DNA of 64,000 nt, from the NCBI GenBank assembly GCA_963836075.1, contig CAWIIB010000001.1, forward strand, positions 1,376,001-1,440,000, in the 5' to 3' direction. Position 1 is the first letter of the stretch. Each line of letters starts with the position of its first letter. The notes beneath the pieces were generated by a model. It saw only the letters and a program-made list of their open reading frames with translations. It was not told the origin of the DNA and made no database searches. The position numbers were made by a program, and so were the translations under genes. The stretch comes from an uncultured Acidobacteriota bacterium (GTDB lineage: Bacteria > Acidobacteriota > JAQAZP01). This document shows positions 19,852-29,096 of this stretch, piece by piece.

Positions 19852-21539
19852 CCACCTCGGCGTCGGTACCGTTGTCGCCTGCCGGCGGGTAAGGCGGCTG
19901 GTTGGTACGGGGCCGGAGTCACGTCCTCATACACCAGGGTAAAAATGTTGTCCCCGGCCAGCGGCGGCAACTGGGGCAGGTTCACCGGAAAGACCCTGGC
20001 GAAGGTGGCCCCGGCCCCGATATTGGTGTAGCCGAAGCGCCAGTTGGGATAGTGCGCGCCCCCGGCGAGGGTCACGTCGATCCCCGCGGCCACCCGGCGG
20101 GTCTGCCCGGAGAACGCATTGATCAGGCTCATGGTCATGGTGGTGCTGAAGGGCAGGGTCCCGGAAGAGGGTACGCAGGTCAGGCTCCCGTCGATGGTGT
20201 TGAACAGCGCGCACAATTCCTTGCCGACGCCCGGTACGTATGCCCTGAAATACAGCTTGTCCCCGGCAACGGTGAGGAACTCGGGTGTCGACGACCCGCT
20301 GCCGCCGTTGAGGTCAGCCACCATGGCCGTCCCCCCGGCCGTGCCGTCACTGCTCCACAGTTCGGTGCCGTTGATCCCGTCGTTCACCCGGAAGTAGACC
20401 TTTTCCCCCAGCGCGGTCATGTGCTCGGGGTAAGAGCCATCGCCCGAGATGATATCTGCCACCACCACGGTCCCGGCATACGTCCCGTCACTCTTCATCA
20501 GCTCGTTGCCATAGACGGAATCGGTGGCCCGGAAATAGAGCGTGTTGCCCACGGCCACCAGGTACCAGGGAAGCGAGCTCTGCGGTCCGACCCGGATGTC
20601 GCGCAGCTGGTAGGTGCCGCCGTAGGTGCCGTCGCTGCGCCAGAGTTCCGTACCATCTTCGTTGTCCGCACCCTGAAAGTAGAGGATCCCGTTCATCGCG
20701 GTGATTTCGATGGGGCCCAGTGAGCCGGGAAGTTCGCTGAACACCTCCCAGGTGCCGGGGCCGGTGCCGTCGCTGCGCCAGAGCATGCCGTTGGCCTGGT
20801 AATAGAGTATTCCGTCCATCACTTCCGGTTCGGTAAATGACGCGCCGGCGAGACCGGGATTGCTGTCCAGCACCATGTCAGTGCCCGCCGCGGTGCCGTC
20901 GCTGCGCCACAGCTCACGGCCGCCGGTGAGGTGGTAGGCGACAAAGAAACAGTAGCCGTCCATGGCCAGCAGGTATTCGGGCGAGGAGGATCCGGAATCG
21001 GGATAGCAGTCCTTGACCATCACCGTGCCGGCGTCGGTGCCGTCACTGACCCACAGTTCCCTGCCGTGAATGCCGCTCCCGTCATCGGCGGCGAAGAAGA
21101 GTCGGTTGCCCACGGCGGTGAGCCCGTTGGGCCGGTTGGTGTAGAGCCAGGCATCGGAAACCATCTCCTCGCTGCCCATCGTCCCGTCACTCTTCCACAA
21201 CTGGTGATCGAAGCCGTAGGACATGATGAAGTAGAGGGTGGAGCCCACGGCAGTTAGATGGTAGGGCCCGGTGAGCCCGGAAAGCGCCGTGATCGGGTAT
21301 GTCCCGGCGACCGTGCCGTCGCTGCGGAACAGCTGCTGACTGAAGCTGACCGGATCGGAAGCCACGAAATAGAGCTGATCCCCCATGGCCAACAGTTGCT
21401 CGGGGTTGGAGTCGAGGCTCCCCGACCAGATGTCGATCACCTGGACCGGATCGGCCAGGCTGGACGGTGCGGTCGTGGCCAGGGCAATGACCAGCAGGAT
21501 GATGGTGAGAGCAGTCATGCGTGTGCTGTTCTTCATCAC
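19832..21539 (-). CDS. Secreted ELWxxDGT-repeat beta-propeller protein with novel C-terminal domain; +1 frameshift near 19904
   Basis: Signal peptide; repeated ELW(R/V/S)SDGT motifs; removing one base gives ...PAPYNQPPYPPAGDNGTDAEVVTGVLP* (TAA 19832-19834), matching the end of 55927..57708. Confidence 0.85.
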
Positions 21540-21593
21540 TGGGCTCCTTGTATGAGGCGGGACGGGACGGCGTGGATATTCTCTTCACAGCAC

Positions 21594-21622
21594 AATATTG
21601 GGCAGGAAATGGAATCTGTCAA
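21594..21622 (-). promoter_or_regulatory. Sigma70-type promoter of ELWxxDGT gene
   Basis: TTGACA-N17-AATATT on minus strand; AAGGAG RBS downstream. Confidence 0.5.
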
Positions 21623-21672
21623 TTCTTGATGTGCGCGATATGGCCGACGAGAGGCCTGAAGATATTCGTGCC

Positions 21673-23118
21673 CTAACGAAAAAACGTGCCGAGAACATCC
21701 CGCAGCTGGCTCCGCGAGGCGGGGCTCACCGCCAGCAGCACGGCGAAGTAGACAGCGGTGCCGGCCAGCACCCGGGCCACCAGGGACCAGCCATCACCAA
21801 TCTCCAGCACCAGGCCCATCCCCCAGAGCGCGGCACCCATCACCACGGAAGCCAGCAGGGCGGCCCGCAGGTGGAGCAGGATGCGGAAGACCGAACAGTT
21901 GAGGATCAGCCCGGTCAGATGGTAGATGGCCGGCTGGAGCAGGAGGAAGGAACCGGTCACCGCCCAGGCCGTTCCCAGCAGCCCCCAGGTTCTGGCCATG
22001 GGGTAGATGACGGTGGCCAGGATCACCAACCGGGCGATGTTGATCCAGGATAGATACTGGGGTTTGCCCACGGCCTGGAACAGCGCGCCGGTGGGCATCT
22101 GCACCGCGCGCACCGTGCCGTATAGCGCCACAACCCGCAGCAGGGGCACCATCACCTCCGCGTCCCAGCGCTGGCCGAAGATCACCCGGGCCAGTTCCGG
22201 GGCCAGCATCCAGACACCGGCAAAGAACGGCAGGGCCAGCCAGGAGTAGAGGAAGTAGGTGCGCATGAAGGCGTCCTTCAGCTCCGCCGGCTTGTCCTGC
22301 AGTTTCGAATAGGCCGGGAAGGTGACCCGGGAGAGGATCACCCCGGCCTGGAAGATCGGCTGGCTGCCCCACTTGTAGGACTCGGCGTAGTAGCCCAGCG
22401 GGCCCCGGCCGAACATCTTGCTGACCAGCGCCCGGTCCCCCTGGTTGATCAGGAAGTTGATCATCCCGGCGCTGAACAGATGCTTGCCGTAGGCCAGCAG
22501 TTCCCCGGCTATCCGGCGGTCAAAGACCAGCCGGGGCCTGAAACTGCAGAGCATGGTGCAGAGGACCGCCAGCACCAGTTCCTGGGCCACGTAGCCCCAG
22601 ATCAGGCTCCAGACGCCGTAGCCGCGGAAGGCCAGTACCAGGGCCACCACGCCATAAGCGGCACTGGAGGCCAGTTCGGCCCACATCTTGCGCAGATACT
22701 CGAACCGCCGGTCCATCATCATGAAAAAGACCCGGCCGAAGGAAGTGGGAATGAAGACCGCCGCCATCAGCCGCACCGCCGGCTTGAGCACCGGGTCATT
22801 GAAAAACTCGGCCATGGGCCCGGCCAGCAACCAGCCGAGGATGGCCAGGGAAAGGCCGAGCAGCGGGTAGATGAAAAAGGCGGTGGAGGCGGCCAGTTCC
22901 ACGTCCTCGCGGCGCTGGATCAGTGCGGCCCCGAGGCCCATGTTCTGGAACAGGCCCATGGCGGCGATCAGCACCGTGGCCATGGCCAGGGTGCCGAAGT
23001 CGGCCGGCAGCAGCAGGCGGTAGAGAATGGCCGAGAGGAGAAAGAACAGCAGCTGCCGGACCAGGTTGGCGATGGCGGTCCAGACGGCCCCGCGGATGGT
23101 CTGCTGCTTGATCGACAT
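21673..23118 (-). CDS. Wzx/WzxC-type polysaccharide flippase (PST/MOP family)
   Basis: RLLLPADFG, GLGAALIQ, GVWSL, LGYYA, many TM helices. Confidence 0.88.
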   Translation of the reverse strand: MSIKQQTIRGAVWTAIANLVRQLLFFLLSAILYRLLLPADFGTLAMATVLIAAMGLFQNMGLGAALIQRREDVELAASTAFFIYPLLGLSLAILGWLLAGPMAEFFNDPVLKPAVRLMAAVFIPTSFGRVFFMMMDRRFEYLRKMWAELASSAAYGVVALVLAFRGYGVWSLIWGYVAQELVLAVLCTMLCSFRPRLVFDRRIAGELLAYGKHLFSAGMINFLINQGDRALVSKMFGRGPLGYYAESYKWGSQPIFQAGVILSRVTFPAYSKLQDKPAELKDAFMRTYFLYSWLALPFFAGVWMLAPELARVIFGQRWDAEVMVPLLRVVALYGTVRAVQMPTGALFQAVGKPQYLSWINIARLVILATVIYPMARTWGLLGTAWAVTGSFLLLQPAIYHLTGLILNCSVFRILLHLRAALLASVVMGAALWGMGLVLEIGDGWSLVARVLAGTAVYFAVLLAVSPASRSQLRDVLGTFFR

Positions 23119-23122
23119 CAGG

Positions 23123-23671
23123 TCAGGACACGCCCTTGAGCAGAGTGAGGAATTCGTTGCGGGCGCCGTCCTCTTCGCGGAAGCAGCCGAGAATCGAGCT
23201 GGTGACCATCTTGGTGTTCTGCTTCTGCACCCCGCGCATCATCATGCAGAGGTGGGCGGCCTCGATCACCACCGCCACGCCCAGCGGCTGAAGGTATTCC
23301 TGGAGGCTCTCGGCGACCTGGACGGTAAGCCGCTCCTGGACCTGCAGCCGGCGGGAGAACACATCCACCAGGCGGGGGATCTTGCTCAGGCCGATGATCC
23401 GGCCGTTCGGCACGTAGGCCACGTGGGCCTTGCCGTAAAAGGGGAGCATGTGGTGCTCGCAGAGGGAGTAGAAGTCGATGTCCCTGACCACCACCATCTC
23501 GTCATATTTTTCGTGAAAGATGGCGCCCCGCACCACCTCCTCGGCCGACTGGCCGTAACCGGCGGTGAGAAAGCGGTAGGCCTTGTCCACCCGCTCCGGG
23601 GTTTTGACCAGACCCTCCCGTTCGGGGTCCTCGCCCAACTTTTCCAGTATCGACCGTATTTCTTCCTGCAT
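23123..23671 (-). CDS. folE: GTP cyclohydrolase I
   Basis: [43 protein letters not shown]. Confidence 0.97.
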   Translation of the reverse strand: MQEEIRSILEKLGEDPEREGLVKTPERVDKAYRFLTAGYGQSAEEVVRGAIFHEKYDEMVVVRDIDFYSLCEHHMLPFYGKAHVAYVPNGRIIGLSKIPRLVDVFSRRLQVQERLTVQVAESLQEYLQPLGVAVVIEAAHLCMMMRGVQKQNTKMVTSSILGCFREEDGARNEFLTLLKGVS

Positions 23672-23739
23672 CTTGGCTCCTGAAGGTGTTGGCGGATCGT
23701 TTTCAAATACAACAGTTTATGGATATCGATCCCGCGTCC

Positions 23740-23767
23740 ATTATAAAAGCCGTCCGGGCACTGTCAA
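23740..23767 (-). promoter_or_regulatory. Consensus sigma70 promoter of folE-wzx
   Basis: TTGACA-N16-TATAAT on minus strand. Confidence 0.75.
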
Positions 23768-23863
23768 GGCCGGCCCCGGTTGCCTGGACAATCGAAAAGC
23801 CATACAATACGCCCGTTTTTCCGGAATCGTCAGCGGATTTGCGCAACCATAGAGGAGATGAAG

Positions 23864-25099
23864 ATGAGCACCTTCAGACCGTTCAAGGGGCTGCGGCCCC
23901 GGCCGGAGCTGGCCGAAAAGATCGCCTCACCGCCCTACGACGTGATCAACTCCGAGGAAGCGCGGGAGATCGCCGCCGGCAATCCCCTCTCCTTCCTCCA
24001 CGTGGTCAAGCCGGAGATCGACCTCGACCCCTCCATCGACCTCTACGACGACCGGGTCTACGCCAAGGCGGCGGAGAACTTCAACCGGCTGATCGACGAG
24101 GGCAGCATGGTCCAGGACGGTGAGCCGTCCTACTACGTCTACGCCCAGGAGATGGGCAGCCACCGCCAGGTGGGCATCGTGGGCTGCGCCTCGGCCGACG
24201 ACTATTTCAACGACGTGATCCGCAAGCACGAGTTCACACGGCCGGACAAGGAAAAGGACCGCACCCGCCACGTGGACACCCTCGATGCCAACGCCGGGCC
24301 GGTCTTCCTGACCTACCGGGCCAGCGAGGACGTGGACCGGCTGGTGGCCGAGATCACCGCCGGCGACCCGGAGAACGACTTCTCCGCCGACGGCGTACGC
24401 CACATCCTCTGGCCGGTTTCCACCCCCCAGTGGGTGGAAAAGGTGGAGCAGGCCTTTGGCGGCATCCCGGTGCTCTACGTGGCCGATGGCCACCACCGCT
24501 CGGCCTCGGCAGCCAGCGTGCGCAACTGGCGGCAGGAAAAGAACCCCGGGCACACCGGCGACGAAGATTACAACTTCTTCCTCGCCGTGGTCTTTCCCCA
24601 CGACCAGATGCAGATCATGGCCTACAACCGGGTGGTGGAGGACCTCAACGGCATGAGCCCCGCCCAGTTCCTGGAGCGGGCAGCCGAGAAGTTCGAGGTG
24701 CGTGACGCCACTTCGCCGGTGCCGGCCTCGCCCCGGCAGTTCTGCATCTACCTCGAGGGCAAGTGGCACCTGCTCACCGCACGTCAGGGCAGTTTTGATG
24801 CCGACGACCCGGTGCTGCGTCTCGACTGCAGCATCCTGCAGAAAAACCTCCTCGAGCCGCTGCTGGGCATCGGTGACCCGCGCACCGACAAGCGGATCAA
24901 CTTCGTCGGCGGCATCCGGGGCACCAAAGAGCTGGAGAAACTGGTGGACGGCGGGAAATACGCCGTGGCCTTCTCTCTCCACCCCACTTCAATCGTCGAC
25001 CTGATGTCGGTGGCCGACGCCGGCCAGGTCATGCCGCCCAAGTCCACCTGGTTCGAGCCGAAGCTGCGCTCGGGCCTGGTGGTGCACAAACTCTCCTGA
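23864..25099 (+). CDS. DUF1015 family protein
   Basis: GAGGAG RBS; SPPYDV, HEFT, YVADGHHR, MPPKSTWFEPKLRSGL. Confidence 0.9.
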   Translation: MSTFRPFKGLRPRPELAEKIASPPYDVINSEEAREIAAGNPLSFLHVVKPEIDLDPSIDLYDDRVYAKAAENFNRLIDEGSMVQDGEPSYYVYAQEMGSHRQVGIVGCASADDYFNDVIRKHEFTRPDKEKDRTRHVDTLDANAGPVFLTYRASEDVDRLVAEITAGDPENDFSADGVRHILWPVSTPQWVEKVEQAFGGIPVLYVADGHHRSASAASVRNWRQEKNPGHTGDEDYNFFLAVVFPHDQMQIMAYNRVVEDLNGMSPAQFLERAAEKFEVRDATSPVPASPRQFCIYLEGKWHLLTARQGSFDADDPVLRLDCSILQKNLLEPLLGIGDPRTDKRINFVGGIRGTKELEKLVDGGKYAVAFSLHPTSIVDLMSVADAGQVMPPKSTWFEPKLRSGLVVHKLS

Positions 25100-25109
25100 G
25101 CTCTGCCCT

Positions 25110-25141
25110 GCCCCGGCCGCAGTCCTGACTGCGGCCGGGGC
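25110..25141. terminator. GC-rich hairpin after DUF1015 gene
   Basis: GCCCCGGCCGCAGTC-CT-GACTGCGGCCGGGGC perfect inverted repeat; weak U-tract. Confidence 0.6.
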
Positions 25142-25282
25142 GGTTTCCGCTCTCTCCCTGTTTGGCATTCCCCCCCGTCTGTGCCAGAATTCGTCTAACG
25201 CGAAAGAGAACATTCCCAGGCAGAACTCGACAATTGCCGGCATGTCGGAAACCGGATGTCCCCCCGGGGGAGGAGATGAACG

Positions 25283-25816
25283 ATGCCAAAGAAAGAGTGC
25301 GGCAAGGACCTCTGCAAGAACCTGTCATCCGGGGAAGCAAGGCCGGCCTGCTGCTCGGTCACCGAGATGACCCAGATGGTTTTGCCCAACGACGCCAATA
25401 TCCTGGGCAACGTGCTGGGCGGGATGGTGATGCACTGGGTGGACCTGGCCGCGGCCATCGCCGCCCGCCGCTTCTGCGGAACCCCGGTGGTCACCGCCTC
25501 GATGGACACGCTCAGCTTCATCAACCCCATCCCGGTGGGGCAGGTGGCGCGACTGACCGCCAAGGTCACCTGGTGCGGCCGCACATCGATGGAAGTGCGG
25601 GTGGATGTGGAGGCCGAAGATCTCGACCGCCGTGAAGTCCGCCCCACCAGTGTGGCCTACCTGACCTTCGTCTCCCTGGACGAGAACGGCCGGCCCACAC
25701 CCGTGCCGCGGCTGCTCACCGAGACCGAGGAGGAGAAGAAGGAGTTCCGTGACGCCGAAAAACGCCGTGAGGCCAGGCTCAAACTGAGGGAGCAGACCCA
25801 ACCCGGGCAGGGGTAA
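25283..25816 (+). CDS. Acyl-CoA thioesterase (hotdog fold, YciA-like)
   Basis: DANILGNVLGG, D..A, VVTAS, GRTSMEV, FVSLD. Confidence 0.9.
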   Translation: MPKKECGKDLCKNLSSGEARPACCSVTEMTQMVLPNDANILGNVLGGMVMHWVDLAAAIAARRFCGTPVVTASMDTLSFINPIPVGQVARLTAKVTWCGRTSMEVRVDVEAEDLDRREVRPTSVAYLTFVSLDENGRPTPVPRLLTETEEEKKEFRDAEKRREARLKLREQTQPGQG

Positions 25817-25930
25817 TCCCCTGCCCCTGCCGCAACCGGACCTGCGCGTGACAGTATGAAAAGAGGAGGTGTGACCTCTCCCCCACCGGGCAGGCCGGAC
25901 ATCGGGACAGGTACCTGATGGGAAAAGAGA

Positions 25931-26350
25931 TCAGCCGGAGGCCACCGGGGCGTCCACCAGCGCTTCGAGGTTCTTCGACTCCAGCAGCTTCACCAGGTCA
26001 TCCTGCAGATCGCTCCAGGCGTGAATCTGGGGGCACCTGTCGTAGTGCTCGCAGCCCGGATCCTCCTTGATGCACTTCAGAAGGTAGATCGGCCCCTCCA
26101 CCGCTTCGATCACATCGCGGAAGGTCACCTCGTGGGGTTTCTTGCCCAGCACATATCCGCCGCCCGGACCGTACTTCGATTTCACGATGTTGGCATCCAC
26201 CAGATCTTTCATGATCTTGGAGAGAAATTTCTGCGGCACGTTCCAGACACTGGAGATCTCGGTCACCCGGAGAACGTTTTTATCTTCCTGGTTAAGTAAA
26301 ACGTGAAGCGCCAGAAAGGCGTAGTCGATTTTCTTTGTCATCCACAACAT
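25931..26350 (-). CDS. Rrf2 family transcriptional regulator (three Cys, potential Fe-S)
   Basis: FLSKI..LV, S.YGPGGGY.L, VIEAVEG, CIKEDPGCEHYDRC. Confidence 0.92.
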   Translation of the reverse strand: MLWMTKKIDYAFLALHVLLNQEDKNVLRVTEISSVWNVPQKFLSKIMKDLVDANIVKSKYGPGGGYVLGKKPHEVTFRDVIEAVEGPIYLLKCIKEDPGCEHYDRCPQIHAWSDLQDDLVKLLESKNLEALVDAPVASG

Positions 26351-26403
26351 GAGCCAACTCCTTTCGGATCACCCGGCGCCGCAAATGTTAGCGGCGTGCA
26401 ACG

Positions 26404-26504
26404 ATTGTCCGCGTTAGGCGACAACGTGTCAAGGTATATTACCGCCGATCACAAAGCGGGGCACCGGAGGAACCGCTTGACTCATCCCGGTGATCCGCTA
26501 CTAT
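26404..26504. promoter_or_regulatory. Divergent sigma70-type promoters for the Rrf2 gene and rseP
   Basis: Minus TTGACA-N17-GACAAT (26432-26404); plus TTGACT-N16-TACTAT (26477-26504). Confidence 0.55.
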
Positions 26505-26610
26505 TAGGGCTCGCACGAGAATAACCGCGGCCCACCGTGGCCGCCCGGTACGTCCTCCTGTCCCGCCGGATTCCGGCCCGCGGAAGGCGACCTGCACTAC
26601 GGATACGGAC

Positions 26611-27684
26611 ATGGTCTTCACTTTTCTTTCATTCGTCGTCGTTGTGGGCATCATTATTTTTGTCCATGAACTGGGTCACTTCCTCGCCGCCAAGGCGGTG
26701 GGCATCCGGGTGACCCGCTTCTCCCTCGGCTTCCCCCCCAAGCTCTACGGCAAGACCGTGGGTGATACCGAATACTGCATCTGCTGGATCCCCCTCGGCG
26801 GCTACGTAAAGATGGCCGGTATGCTCGACGAGAGCTTCGATGACGAGGACGCCATCAAGGGCGAGCCCTGGGAGTTCGAGTCGAAGAACGCCCTGCAGAA
26901 GGCCTTTGTCATCTGCGCCGGCGTGCTGATGAACTTCCTCCTGGGGATGGTGATCTTTTCCATGATCACCGGGATCAGCGGCATGCCGGAGGCAAAGGAC
27001 CCGGTGATCGGCGAGGTGGTGCCCGGCTACCCTGCCGAGCAGGCCGGAGTGCAGGACGGCGATCTGGTGACCGAGGTCAACGGCGTGGCGGTGAGCAGTT
27101 GGACCGGGATCGTCGAAGTGATCCACAACCTCACAGCGGAGGAGTCACTGACCCTCCAGCTGGAACGGGATGGCGAACCGCTGTCGGCCACCATGGCCAC
27201 CAGACAGGAAAAAGCGATGATCGACGGTGAGATCCGCACCATCTCCAAGGTGGGGATCAACCCTCACATCACCACCCGGCCGGCGACCATGGGGGAGGTT
27301 CTGCGCAGCGGCCCGGAAGCAACCTGGGCGCTGATCAAGATGTCGGCCCTGACCATCCGCATGCTGGTCACCGGTAACGCGTCGGTACGCGACCTGGCCG
27401 GCCCGCTGTTTATTGCCCAGATGTCGGGCCGGACCGCCCGGTCCGGAACCCTGGACTTTCTGGGGTTCATCGGTTTCATCAGCGTCAATATCGGCTTTCT
27501 CAACATCCTGCCGATCCCGGTTCTCGACGGCGGCCACCTGGTCTACATCGCTCTCGAGGCCATCTTCAGACGCAAGATCCCCTTCAATATCAAGCTGCGC
27601 ATCCAGCAGGTGGGCCTGGCCCTGTTGCTGCTGCTGATGGTGGCGGTATTTTACTCCGACATCATGCGGATCTTTATCGACTGA
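26611..27684 (+). CDS. rseP: RIP metalloprotease RseP
   Basis: HELGH, IPLGGYVKM, PDZ domain, NILPIPVLDGGH. Confidence 0.95.
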   Translation: MVFTFLSFVVVVGIIIFVHELGHFLAAKAVGIRVTRFSLGFPPKLYGKTVGDTEYCICWIPLGGYVKMAGMLDESFDDEDAIKGEPWEFESKNALQKAFVICAGVLMNFLLGMVIFSMITGISGMPEAKDPVIGEVVPGYPAEQAGVQDGDLVTEVNGVAVSSWTGIVEVIHNLTAEESLTLQLERDGEPLSATMATRQEKAMIDGEIRTISKVGINPHITTRPATMGEVLRSGPEATWALIKMSALTIRMLVTGNASVRDLAGPLFIAQMSGRTARSGTLDFLGFIGFISVNIGFLNILPIPVLDGGHLVYIALEAIFRRKIPFNIKLRIQQVGLALLLLLMVAVFYSDIMRIFID

Positions 27685-27696
27685 ATATGAACGAAC

Positions 27697-28170
27697 CTAG
27701 CGGCAGGAAGACCGACCCAGGGAAAGGGCCGAGGGTCGGAAAAGTGCGTGCAGGGAGAGGGCCAGCAGGACGATGTTCTGACCGATCTTGGTCCAGCCGA
27801 TCACCATGCCGTCGGAACCGGTGGAGAAACAGCCACAGTTGAAATCGAGGCCGCGGGCCAGATTGAAACCGATGGCGGCGATAAAGACCACCAGCAGCAG
27901 CGAGATGATCAGCGAGCTGCCGCGGCTGAACAGCCCGAATACCAGCAGCAGGCCGGCCGCCAGTTCGAGCCAGGGGAGAATGATGGCGGTGAGGTTGATC
28001 AGTTGGTGAGGAAGGATGCGGTAGTTGTTGACGATACCGGCGAACTCGGCCGGGTGGGCGATCTTGTCCAGGCTGGCGTAGATAAAGACGACGCCGACGA
28101 TCACCCGGCAGGCCAGGGCCAACCAGGGGTTGGCGAAGATGGCGGCCAGTCCTGCGGGTTGTCTCTCCAT
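27697..28170 (-). CDS. MauE/DoxX family membrane protein
   Basis: LDKI..P, LPWLEL, RGLDFNCGCF; four TM helices. Confidence 0.85.
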   Translation of the reverse strand: MERQPAGLAAIFANPWLALACRVIVGVVFIYASLDKIAHPAEFAGIVNNYRILPHQLINLTAIILPWLELAAGLLLVFGLFSRGSSLIISLLLVVFIAAIGFNLARGLDFNCGCFSTGSDGMVIGWTKIGQNIVLLALSLHALFRPSALSLGRSSCR

Positions 28171-28188
28171 CGTCATTCCTCGTTCTTG

Positions 28189-28884
28189 TCAATACGGCAG
28201 GAGCGCCTCGCCCTCTTCCGTGGGCTGTCCGGCCTCAACCCATTGCTCCCAGCCGCCAAAAAAGACGCGCACCTGGCCGAACCCCATGGCCGTCAGTTCG
28301 TCGGCCAGTTCCAGGCTCAGCGCGCACTCGCTGCCGTCACAGTAGGTGACCACCAGACCGTCTTCGGGCAGGTAGTTGAGCACGTCGAGGTGGGACTCCA
28401 GTTCGTCATAGGGCAGGTTCAGCGCGCCGGGGACGTGCCCGGCGGCGAACTCGTCGGGCATGCGCGCGTCGACAAAGAGAGCCGTCCCCTGCTCGAACAG
28501 CTCCAGAGCCTGGGCCAGGTCGAGGGCTTTTGGCCCGTGGCCGTCCTCTTCCGCCGTCTCGGCCACCGGCAGGGCCGAAAAGACCTCCACCCCCCTGCTG
28601 CCGCCGCTCTGCGGCTCCTCCTCCGGCGGAGGAACGTCCGGAGTCTCTTCCGGCGCCACCATGTCGGCCCCGCTCACTGCCGGGGGTGCCTCCGCGCTCT
28701 GCCGGGCCGGCGCGGCGGCAACCGGCTTGTCAAAATTCACCACCCGCACCGACCCCACCAGGGGGATGCCGCCGTCCCGCGCCCCGTTGAACGCCAGGCC
28801 GGTGACCGCGGCCAGCACAACGATGATCACTGCCTGCCAGAGGGCGGCGGGAAAGGGCCGGTATGTTGAAACGTCTCCGTTCAT
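28189..28884 (-). CDS. Membrane-anchored rhodanese-like domain protein
   Basis: N-terminal TM, Pro/Glu linker, VDAR..EF.AGHVPGA, YCDGSEC, GGW..W. Confidence 0.85.
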   Translation of the reverse strand: MNGDVSTYRPFPAALWQAVIIVVLAAVTGLAFNGARDGGIPLVGSVRVVNFDKPVAAAPARQSAEAPPAVSGADMVAPEETPDVPPPEEEPQSGGSRGVEVFSALPVAETAEEDGHGPKALDLAQALELFEQGTALFVDARMPDEFAAGHVPGALNLPYDELESHLDVLNYLPEDGLVVTYCDGSECALSLELADELTAMGFGQVRVFFGGWEQWVEAGQPTEEGEALLPY

Positions 28885-29096
28885 CTTGTCTACCTGTCCG
28901 GGGGTCGGCTCGCGCCGGGGAAACTGCCGGTCCGGCGCATTATAATTGGGTGGCTCGATCTTCTCAATCACCGTGCTCCGCCGGCCAACCGCGATTTTGA
29001 TATAATCGCGCCCCGGCGGCGTCCTTGTACCCAATACGCCCGGAACGGGCTGCCCGTCTATTTCGTGGCAACCGGACACCGATGGGATGGAACAGA

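Noticed and set aside
20330-21330. Recurring DNA word GTGCCGTC(G/A)CT at roughly regular spacing, CRISPR-like at first sight
   Set aside because: It is the coding sequence of ELWxxDGT protein repeats; copies vary at synonymous positions and there are no cas genes.
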